Shown one piece after another: positions 56,928-64,000 of a stretch of DNA of 64,000 bases (position 1 is its first letter; each line of letters starts with the position of its first letter). A program made the translations under genes and the position numbers. Below the pieces are notes generated by a model, which saw only the letters and a list, made by a program, of their open reading frames with translations, was not told where the DNA came from and ran no database searches. The stretch comes from Holophagales bacterium. GTDB lineage: Bacteria > Acidobacteriota > Thermoanaerobaculia > Multivoradales > Multivoraceae. The stretch is taken from contig VXVC01000004.1 in NCBI GenBank assembly GCA_009836625.1, positions 449,037-513,036 on the forward strand. Reading direction: 5' to 3'.

Positions 56928-58295
56928 TCAGGCGTCCGCGCCGCCGCCCGATGCCCGGGCAACCAGCGCGTAGAGTGTCTCGCTGGTCGCCAGGTAGACG
57001 ACCGAGCCATCCGTGGACGGCGAAGTGTACACCGGCCGCGGCATCGGGATCTCGGCCAGAACCTCGAGCGTTCGGCCATGCCTCAGCACCGCGACATCGC
57101 CCTCCGTGTCGGCGGCATAGACCTTGCCGTCGGCGACCAGTGGCGAGCTCCAGAACGGCGACAGCGCGTCGTAGACCCAGAGTTTCTCGCCGCCCTCCGC
57201 GTCGAGCGCGAACAGAAAGCCGTTCAGATCCGCTGCGTAGACGATGCCGTCATGCACCGCCACGGTGGCGATCGCGCGGCCGAAGTCCCGATCCTCGAAC
57301 CGCCACCGCGTCCCGCTCGCCGTCACGTCGCCACTGCCCCCGGCCTCGACCGCCCACAGGACGCCGGCCCGAAGCGACGCCTCGGGATCCCGGCCAGCCG
57401 CGATATAGACGGTGTCTTCGAGCAGTACCGGCGTGGCCACGAAGACGTGCCGCGACCCGACTTGTTCCAACGCGTCAGCGGCGAGCGCCGAGTTGCCGTC
57501 GAAACGCCAGAGCGCCCGTCCCGTCGCCGGCTCGAAGGCGTAGAGCCAGCCGTCGCCGGCCGGGAAGACGACCTGGGCTCCGTCGCCGGCGCGACCGTGG
57601 GACGGGCTCCCCCATTGACCGTCGATCAGCCCGGCGCCGGGGCTGCCGTCGCGCCAAACCGGCCGGCCCGTCGTGCGCTCGAAGGCCGCGAAGCTGGGCG
57701 CCTCCGGCGCGGGTACCCGCCCATCGTCGGTAACTCCGTTGCTGGTCGACACGAAGACGAGCTCACCCGCGACCAGCGGCGTCGAAGCCGCCATGTGCTT
57801 CGGAAAGACCCCCCACTCGCCGACCATGTCGAACGACCAGTCGACGACACCGTCGACGTCGGCAACGACGAGCTCGCCCCGGTTCGAGACGTAGTAGAGC
57901 CGTTCGCCATCGAACGAGGGCGTCGAGCAGACCCCCTGCAGCGGCCAGTCGTTCGCGTCCCCGGCCTCCAGCTTCTCGTGGGTGATCTGCCAGCGGAAGC
58001 TGCCGTCACGGCGGTCGAAGGCCATGACCACGCCCCGGTCTCCGGTCGCGGCCGGATCACGGGGACGTTCGTTGTTCGTGCCGACGACGATCAGATCGCC
58101 GGCGATCGTCGGACCGCCGTAGGTCACCGTACCGAGTTCGGCCGACCACAGCACGCCCTCACCCGAGGCGACGTCCCAGGTCGCGGGCAGGTTCTCCGCC
58201 GTCGCTACCCGGTTGCGCCCCGGATTCGGATCGTCGGCCCGAAGCGGACCGCTCCACAACAGGGCGAAGACGGGGGCGGCGACGAAAGCCCTCAT
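56928..58295 (-). CDS. Secreted PQQ-like 8-bladed beta-propeller protein (paralogue B)
   Basis: The ATG at 58295 gives MRAFVAAPVFALLWSGPLRA. It is collinear with the 55452-56891 product (NLPATWDV...VLWSAELGTVTYGGPTIAGDLIVVGTNNE). Confidence 0.75.
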   Translation of the reverse strand: MRAFVAAPVFALLWSGPLRADDPNPGRNRVATAENLPATWDVASGEGVLWSAELGTVTYGGPTIAGDLIVVGTNNERPRDPAATGDRGVVMAFDRRDGSFRWQITHEKLEAGDANDWPLQGVCSTPSFDGERLYYVSNRGELVVADVDGVVDWSFDMVGEWGVFPKHMAASTPLVAGELVFVSTSNGVTDDGRVPAPEAPSFAAFERTTGRPVWRDGSPGAGLIDGQWGSPSHGRAGDGAQVVFPAGDGWLYAFEPATGRALWRFDGNSALAADALEQVGSRHVFVATPVLLEDTVYIAAGRDPEASLRAGVLWAVEAGGSGDVTASGTRWRFEDRDFGRAIATVAVHDGIVYAADLNGFLFALDAEGGEKLWVYDALSPFWSSPLVADGKVYAADTEGDVAVLRHGRTLEVLAEIPMPRPVYTSPSTDGSVVYLATSETLYALVARASGGGADA

Positions 58296-58320
58296 TGACC
58301 CTTGGCTCCCCTGACCGCGC

Positions 58321-59424
58321 TCAGGCCCTCCGCAACCGCGGCTCGATGATGCCCAGCTCGATCGATGTCTCCACGACCGCGCGGATCGTGTCCTCGACCG
58401 GTCGGAGGGTGGCGCCCAGCACCGACTCCGCCTTGCGGCTGTGGTTGATCGCCGCGGGTGGCGGCGGACCGCCGTCTTCCGGAACCGGGGCCTCGCCGAC
58501 CACGAAGGACGGGAAGGCCTCGCGGATGATGTCGGCCACTTCCGTACCGAACCGCAGCGCCGAACGGCCGCCGCTTCCGTGCAGGATGTAGCGGCTGCCG
58601 CCATTGGTGGCCCGGTGATCGACATCCGACTCCGCCGCCAGCCGCTCCGCCTGCACGAGGTCCCGCACGTCGATGATGTTGTAGTACATGTCGTACGGCG
58701 TCGGCCACGAGGGCTCCAGTCCCGCGGCGAGCCGCCCGATCTGCTCGATCCACTGGCCGACCTGGGCCTTGAACAGGATGGGGCCGCAGATCATCGCCGG
58801 GTTCATCGTGACCACGTCCCAGCGGTCGCCGCTGTCGTCCGCGGCCTGGTTCAGCAGGCGCTCCGTGTCCACCTTGCTGCGGGCATAGGACATCCGCGGG
58901 TGGTTCCACACCTCCTCCGGGAAGTTGCTGGAAGCCCAGTCCGTCTCCGTCCACGCGTAGCCCGGAGGCATCGCCGGCGCCCCCAGGCCCGCGACGGCCG
59001 CCAGGGAACTCGTGTAGACGACGCGCTTCACGCTGTCGCTCCGGTTGACCGCGTCGATCACGTTCCGCGTCCCGGCCATGCCGCCTTCGTAGACGTCCGT
59101 CGAGACGTTGCCGGAGCCGAGCGGCTGGGACTTGCCGTCAGCCGAGTTGCCGAGCACCGCGGCGACGTGGAACACGCCTGAACAACCCGCGAACGCCTCG
59201 TCGTACGAGCCCGGCACGAACAGGTCGCAACCGTCCACGATCTCCACGTTCGGCAGCCGGTTCAGGTACTCCACGCAGTCCCTGCCCCGCCAGGAAGTGG
59301 CGTCCCGGATGCAGGCGCGGACCCGGTAGCCGTGAATCACCAGCTCGCGGACCATGTGGCCGCCGGTGAAGCCGGAGCAGCCGGTGACGGCAACCGGGCT
59401 GTCGTTGGGAGAGATGGCGGTCAT
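58321..59424 (-). CDS. NAD(P)-dependent SDR-family reductase (aldehyde/cinnamoyl-CoA/dihydroflavonol-reductase-like, extended SDR)
   Basis: The ATG at 59424 gives MTAISP...VAVTGCSGFTGGHMV (Rossmann TGxxGxxG) and a catalytic YxxxK (YARSK). Confidence 0.75.
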   Translation of the reverse strand: MTAISPNDSPVAVTGCSGFTGGHMVRELVIHGYRVRACIRDATSWRGRDCVEYLNRLPNVEIVDGCDLFVPGSYDEAFAGCSGVFHVAAVLGNSADGKSQPLGSGNVSTDVYEGGMAGTRNVIDAVNRSDSVKRVVYTSSLAAVAGLGAPAMPPGYAWTETDWASSNFPEEVWNHPRMSYARSKVDTERLLNQAADDSGDRWDVVTMNPAMICGPILFKAQVGQWIEQIGRLAAGLEPSWPTPYDMYYNIIDVRDLVQAERLAAESDVDHRATNGGSRYILHGSGGRSALRFGTEVADIIREAFPSFVVGEAPVPEDGGPPPPAAINHSRKAESVLGATLRPVEDTIRAVVETSIELGIIEPRLRRA

Positions 59425-59474
59425 CGTGATGGCTCCTCGTTGGCCCCCCGGCAGTGGAAGCCAGGGCTTCCCCG

Positions 59475-59894
59475 CTACTCCTGCGGCGGTGCGTACACCA
59501 GCATCCAGTTGATGCCGTAGCGGTCGACGCACATGCCGAAGTAGGCGCCCCAGAACTGGTCCTCCATCGGCAGCGTCACCGCACCGCCATCCGACAGCTT
59601 CGCCTGCAGTTCGTCCGCGTGCTCCCGGCTCTCGGCCTCGACCGAGATCGAGAAGTTGTTGCCGACCTCGAGCGGCGGCCCGAAGGTCGTGCTGTCGCTC
59701 CCCATCAGCACGCTGTCGCCGACCGCCAGGGACACGTGCATGATCTGGTCTTCCTGGCCCTCGGCCAACGGCAGCCCCTCGGGACCTTCGCCGAAGGTGG
59801 TGAGGTCGGAGAACTCGCCGCCGAAGACGGACCGGTAGAACTCGAACGCCTCGCGACAGTTGCCGTCGAAGGTCAGGTAGGTGCTGAGGGCCAT
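59475..59894 (-). CDS. VOC-family (glyoxalase/PhnB-like) protein
   Basis: 139 aa; MALSTYLTFDGNCREAFEFYRSVFGG...QFWGAYFGMCVDRYGINWML is typical of PhnB/3-demethylubiquinone-like VOC proteins. Confidence 0.75.
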   Translation of the reverse strand: MALSTYLTFDGNCREAFEFYRSVFGGEFSDLTTFGEGPEGLPLAEGQEDQIMHVSLAVGDSVLMGSDSTTFGPPLEVGNNFSISVEAESREHADELQAKLSDGGAVTLPMEDQFWGAYFGMCVDRYGINWMLVYAPPQE

Positions 59895-59993
59895 TGATGT
59901 TCTCCTTGAGTCAGATCGGCGCGGGAATGACGTGCAGTTGTCCAGCCGCGGGGCGGCGGCGAGCTTACGTCAAGGCCGAGAACCCAGGTTGAC

Positions 59994-60950
59994 CTAGCCC
60001 GGCGCCAGCGCGCGGATCGTCTCTCGCAGATCGTCCCCCGGATGCATGATCTGAATCGCCGGGGTATGTACGCCCGCCTCGATGTACTCCTGGATCCTTT
60101 CGCGGCACTTGCCCGGCGAGCCGATGATCAGGATGTCGCGCAGCGCCTCCTCGGGAATGACCTCGAGCGCCTTCTTTCGGTCGCCGGCGGCCCAGGCGTC
60201 CCACATGGGGCCAAGTACGTCACGGCGGCCGAGCCAGTCGTGGAAGGCGGCGTAGACCGGGACGTTCAGGTAGGCCGCCATCGACCGCCGGCCGACGAAG
60301 TCGATCACGCCCTTGTCTTCGGTAGCCAGCACGAAGATCCGGGCCGCGATCTCCTTGCCGGGGCCGGCCTGGTGGACGTAGGGGACGACCGTCTTCACGT
60401 CGCCGGGCGACAGCCAGTTGAGGATCGCGCCATCGCCTTCGCGGCCGGCCATGCGCAGCATGCCCTGGCGGAGCGCCGCCACCAGGATCGGCGGACATTC
60501 CTTGAGCGGCCGGCCCATGCGGAATCCGCGCACGTTGAAGGTCTCGAACTCCTCGTCGATCCGGTCGCCGGTCAGCGCCTTCTTGAGGAAACGCACCATG
60601 TCCCGGGTCTTGTAGTACGGCCGCTCGAACGGGATGTCGTTCCACTGCTCGACGATCACGTTCGACGAGGTGCCGACGCCCATGACGAAACGGCCGGGGG
60701 CAGCCTCCGCCATCGCGCCCACCGTCATCGCCATCAGCGCCGGCCCGCGCGTGTACGCGGGGATGATCGCGATCCCCAGTCGCGCGGTCGGCGCCCAGAT
60801 CGAGGCCTGGACGAGCGGCGTGAACCCGTCTGAGCCGTTCGACTCGGACGACCAGAAGTCCGTGTACCCGAGGTCGACCATCTCCTTGATCAGATCCTCC
60901 TGCTCGGCCAGCGGGAGGCCGAACGGGATTGTCATTCCGTATCGCTGCAT
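59994..60950 (-). CDS. LLM-class oxidoreductase (luciferase-like, possibly F420-dependent Rv3520c-type)
   Basis: The ATG at 60950 gives MQRYGMTIPFGL. LLM TIM-barrel motifs (FWSSESNGSDGF, RFVMGVGTSS). The track ORF is over-extended upstream. Confidence 0.7.
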   Translation of the reverse strand: MQRYGMTIPFGLPLAEQEDLIKEMVDLGYTDFWSSESNGSDGFTPLVQASIWAPTARLGIAIIPAYTRGPALMAMTVGAMAEAAPGRFVMGVGTSSNVIVEQWNDIPFERPYYKTRDMVRFLKKALTGDRIDEEFETFNVRGFRMGRPLKECPPILVAALRQGMLRMAGREGDGAILNWLSPGDVKTVVPYVHQAGPGKEIAARIFVLATEDKGVIDFVGRRSMAAYLNVPVYAAFHDWLGRRDVLGPMWDAWAAGDRKKALEVIPEEALRDILIIGSPGKCRERIQEYIEAGVHTPAIQIMHPGDDLRETIRALAPG

Positions 60951-61103
60951 GGTTGGAGGCTCTCCCATGGCGCGTCCCCTTAGGGCCGCGTCCGGCTGAA
61001 TCCGCGGGTCTGAAGCGACCGGATTGTACGGCAGGTCGGAGCGGCCGCGTCTCCTATACTGCCGGCCCGACTCAGAGCCAAACCGCACCTGGAGATACCG
61101 AAC

Positions 61104-62234
61104 ATGGGACCACTCGACGGCTACCGAATTCTCGAGATCGCCGGCATCGGACCGGGGCCGTTCTGCGCCATGGTGCTGTCCGACCTCGGCGCCGAGGTCG
61201 TGCGCATCGATCGCAAGGCCTATGCGGGCCGAGGCTCGAAGTTCGACGTCCTGAACCGCGGCCGCCGTTCCCTCGCCATGGATCTCAAGCAGCCGGAGGC
61301 GGTCAACGCCGTCCTCGACATGGTGGAGAAAGCCGACGGCCTGATCGAGGGTTTTCGCCCGGGGGTCATGGAGCGGCTCGGACTCGGCCCCGACGTCTGC
61401 CTGGAGCGGAACCCGAAGCTCGTCTTCGGCCGCATGACCGGCTGGGGCCAGACCGGCACGATCGCCCATGCCGCCGGCCACGACATCAACTACATCGCCC
61501 TGTCGGGGGTGCTGCACTCGATCGGCAACAACGGCGGCAGACCGGTGCCCCCGCTCAACCTGGTCGGTGACTTCGGCGGCGGCGGCATGCTGCTCGCCCT
61601 GGGCGTCGTGGCCGGCCTGCTGGAGGCGCAGAAGTCAGGCAAGGGTCAGGTCGTCGACGCCGCGATGACCGACGGTTCGGCCCTGCTGCTGGCCGCCGTC
61701 GTCGGCATGCACAGCGCCGGCGTATGGAAGGACGAGCGCGGCTCGAACATGCTGGACAGCGGCTCCCACTTCTACGACACGTACGAGTGCGCGGACGGCG
61801 AGTACGTCTCCATCGGCTCGATCGAGCCGCAGTTCTACGCCCTGCTGCTCGAGAAGACCGGCCTCGACGGCACCGAGTGGGAGGGACATCTCCAGAACCG
61901 GGACCGCTGGCCGGAGCTCAAGGCGAAGCTGGCCGAGGTGTTCCGGACGAAGACGCGCGACGAGTGGTGCGAGATCATGGAGGGCAGCGACATCTGCTTC
62001 GCCCCGGTGCTCCGCATCGGCGAGGCGATTGAGCATCCGCACAACCAGTCCCGCCAGACCTTCGTCGAAGTCGACGGCGTGGCCCAGCCGGCGCCGGCGC
62101 CCCGCTTCAGCCGCACACCGGTCGCCGTGCAGGGTCCGCCGCCAAAGGCCGGAGAGCACAGCGACGCCGTCCTCGCCGACTGGGGCTTCGCCAGTGAGAG
62201 AATCGACGCGATGCGAGAGGCGGGGGCGATCTGA
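61104..62234 (+). CDS. Family III CoA-transferase (CaiB/BaiF), alpha-methylacyl-CoA racemase-like
   Basis: [33 protein letters not shown]-terminal signature, and catalytic Asp region ([16 protein letters not shown]). Confidence 0.85.
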   Translation: MGPLDGYRILEIAGIGPGPFCAMVLSDLGAEVVRIDRKAYAGRGSKFDVLNRGRRSLAMDLKQPEAVNAVLDMVEKADGLIEGFRPGVMERLGLGPDVCLERNPKLVFGRMTGWGQTGTIAHAAGHDINYIALSGVLHSIGNNGGRPVPPLNLVGDFGGGGMLLALGVVAGLLEAQKSGKGQVVDAAMTDGSALLLAAVVGMHSAGVWKDERGSNMLDSGSHFYDTYECADGEYVSIGSIEPQFYALLLEKTGLDGTEWEGHLQNRDRWPELKAKLAEVFRTKTRDEWCEIMEGSDICFAPVLRIGEAIEHPHNQSRQTFVEVDGVAQPAPAPRFSRTPVAVQGPPPKAGEHSDAVLADWGFASERIDAMREAGAI

Positions 62235-62292
62235 AGCCGCTCGAAGACGTGAGGTCGGCTGGCCGACACGGATACACAGGAGGATTGAAACC

Positions 62293-63744
62293 ATGAAGAG
62301 AGTGCGCGACCTGCTCACCCTGCTCGCCATTGGATTGCTGCTTCTCGGCTGCGCCGCCGGCGGGGATTCCGCGGCCACCGATCCCGACGTCTCCGCTGAG
62401 CCCGCGCCCGGCGACATCCTCCAGAACTACGTGGACACTCCCGATCCGGCCTACGGCTGGACCCTGGTGAACAGCGAACCCGGCGACGGCTACACGCTGC
62501 ACACGATCGAGATGACGAGTCAGACCTGGCTCACCGAGGCGGAGGTCGACCGGCCGCTGTGGACCCACTGGCTGATGGTGGTCGAACCCGACGAAGTCTC
62601 AAGCGGCCACGGCTTCCTCTACATCTCGGGGGGTCGGAACGGCGGCGACCCGCCGGAACAGGCCAATCCGCTGACCCTCCAGCCGGCCCTCGCGACCGGT
62701 TCGTTCACGGCCGAGCTGCGGATGGTGCCGAACCAGCCGCTCAACTTCGTCGGCGACGACTACGGCGAGCGCGTCGAGGACGAGTTGATCGCCTACGGCT
62801 GGGACAAGTTCCTGCGGGGCGAGGACGCGATCTGGCTCGCCCGGCTGCCGATGACCAAGGCCGCGGTGCGGGCGATGGACACGATGACCGCTTTCGCGGC
62901 CTCCGAGGACGGCGGCGGGAGCGACGTGAACCGGTTCGTCGTCGCCGGCGGTTCCAAGCGCGGATGGACCACCTGGACGACGGCGATGGTCGACGACCGG
63001 GTGGTCGCGATCGCGCCGATCGTGATCGACCTCCTGAACCTGGAACCGTCCTTCGAGCACCACTGGAAGGCCTACGGCTTCTGGGCGCCGGCCATCGGCG
63101 ACTACGTGTACGAGGGGATCACGGACTGGTTCGGTACTCCCGAGTACCTGGAACTCCAGAAGATCGTCGAGCCCTACAACCACCTCGACAAGCTCACGAT
63201 GCCGAAGTACCTGATCAACGCGACCGGCGACCAGTTCTTCCTGCCCGACTCGGCCCAGTTCTACTTCGACGACCTGCTCGGCGAGAAGCACCTGCGCTAC
63301 GTGCCGAACACCGAACACTCCCTGGGCGGGAGCGACGCGGCGGTCGGTTTCCTCGCCTTCTACCAGGCCATTCTGGATGACGTGGAGCGCCCGGACGTCG
63401 ACTGGTCGATCGAGACCGACGATTCGGGCGGCGCGGCAATCACCGCCTGGGTGGCGAACGAAATGGAGCCGAGTCAGGTTCTCCTGTGGCAAGCCACGAA
63501 TCCGGAGACGCGCGACCTTCGGGTCGACACGATCGGCCGTTCGTGGACCAGCACCGCCGTCGAACCGGGCGAGGACGGCAGGTGGATCGGCGCCGTCCCC
63601 GCGCCGGAACGCGGCTGGACCGGCTTCTACCTCGAGTTCGAGTTCCCCGGCCCCGGCGAGGCGCCGTTCCAGTTCTCGACCGAGATCAAGGTGGTGCCGG
63701 AGGACCTGCCGTTCGGCTGGCCGCCGGAGACGCCGAGCGAGTAG
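62293..63744 (+). CDS. PhoPQ-activated pathogenicity-related (PqaA-type) family lipoprotein, alpha/beta-hydrolase-like
   Basis: AGGAGG ribosome-binding site before the ATG at 62293; lipobox LLLLGCAAG; GGSKRGWTTWTTA nucleophile-elbow-like motif. Family assignment is from recall of the motif. Confidence 0.5.
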   Translation: MKRVRDLLTLLAIGLLLLGCAAGGDSAATDPDVSAEPAPGDILQNYVDTPDPAYGWTLVNSEPGDGYTLHTIEMTSQTWLTEAEVDRPLWTHWLMVVEPDEVSSGHGFLYISGGRNGGDPPEQANPLTLQPALATGSFTAELRMVPNQPLNFVGDDYGERVEDELIAYGWDKFLRGEDAIWLARLPMTKAAVRAMDTMTAFAASEDGGGSDVNRFVVAGGSKRGWTTWTTAMVDDRVVAIAPIVIDLLNLEPSFEHHWKAYGFWAPAIGDYVYEGITDWFGTPEYLELQKIVEPYNHLDKLTMPKYLINATGDQFFLPDSAQFYFDDLLGEKHLRYVPNTEHSLGGSDAAVGFLAFYQAILDDVERPDVDWSIETDDSGGAAITAWVANEMEPSQVLLWQATNPETRDLRVDTIGRSWTSTAVEPGEDGRWIGAVPAPERGWTGFYLEFEFPGPGEAPFQFSTEIKVVPEDLPFGWPPETPSE

Positions 63745-63794
63745 ACCGCCTCGGGCCACGCCCAGCGCGTCATACTCTGCTCCAGAGGAGCAAG

Positions 63795-64000
63795 AGTGTC
63801 TCTTCGCCTATCGATGCCCGTCGCTCTATCGGCATTGCTCTTCACGAGCGGTGCCATCGCCGATCCTTCCAAGATCGACTTCTGGGATGAGCAGCGCAAG
63901 GGAGCCAATCAACAGAACGCGCAACACCGTCCCGAATGGTACGTTGCAGCGGGGAAACTGGGCTTGGAGTATGTGCGCATCTTGCCCGATGCATGGCCCA
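63795..64000 (+). CDS. Hypothetical secreted protein, 3' truncated by the window end
   Basis: GTG start with AGGAG upstream, a signal peptide (MPVALSALLFTSGAIA), and an open frame to the window edge. GC is slightly lower here. Confidence 0.3.

Overview
This is a 64-kb window of very high GC content (about 70%) with near-saturating gene density. I found no rRNA, CRISPR array, transposase, integrase or phage gene. The gene content suggests an Acidobacteriota-like organism (a VWFA-related acidobacterial-type protein and a PVC-type CXXCH/HEAT protein), but that is only a hint. Many of the long antisense ORFs in the six-frame track are high-GC artefacts and were discarded.

Gene content, start to end:
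- A complete Tol-Pal envelope cluster: tolQ (5' truncated by the window edge), tolR, a TonB/TolA-like gene, tolB, pal and cpoB.
- Housekeeping genes: rpsT, lptE, the ribH-nusB operon, tRNA-Pro(GGG), a MerR-family regulator, der, tRNA-Leu(CAG), rsmD, an amidohydrolase, mltD (SLT domain plus three LysM), ahcY, an LLM oxidoreductase, a PIG-L deacetylase and a VWA protein.
- A sugar-type ABC transporter fused in an operon with a non-canonical Nramp-like permease.
- A PVC-type membrane-bound-dehydrogenase/cytochrome c protein.
- An ECF sigma, anti-sigma, LTXXQ (Spy/CpxP-like) periplasmic protein, RND permease, membrane fusion protein (MFP) and second RND permease, most or all translationally coupled, headed by cca.
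- A TPR protein and an S9 peptidase.
- A five-gene coupled operon: DUF3311, sodium:solute symporter, GT4 glycosyltransferase, MacB-like ABC ATPase and a 1141-aa double-FtsX permease.
- A flavin-dependent-halogenase-like gene divergent from a TonB-dependent receptor, which is convergent with a HemN/HemW-family radical SAM gene.
- Three PQQ-type beta-propeller secreted proteins around an iron-containing alcohol dehydrogenase.
- A small catabolic cluster: SDR reductase, VOC, LLM oxidoreductase, family III CoA-transferase/racemase and a PqaA-family hydrolase.

The most interesting unexplained structures are the sigma-controlled RND-MFP-RND module, which has no local outer membrane factor and an MFP with Gly/Pro-rich tails, and the symporter-glycosyltransferase-exporter operon.
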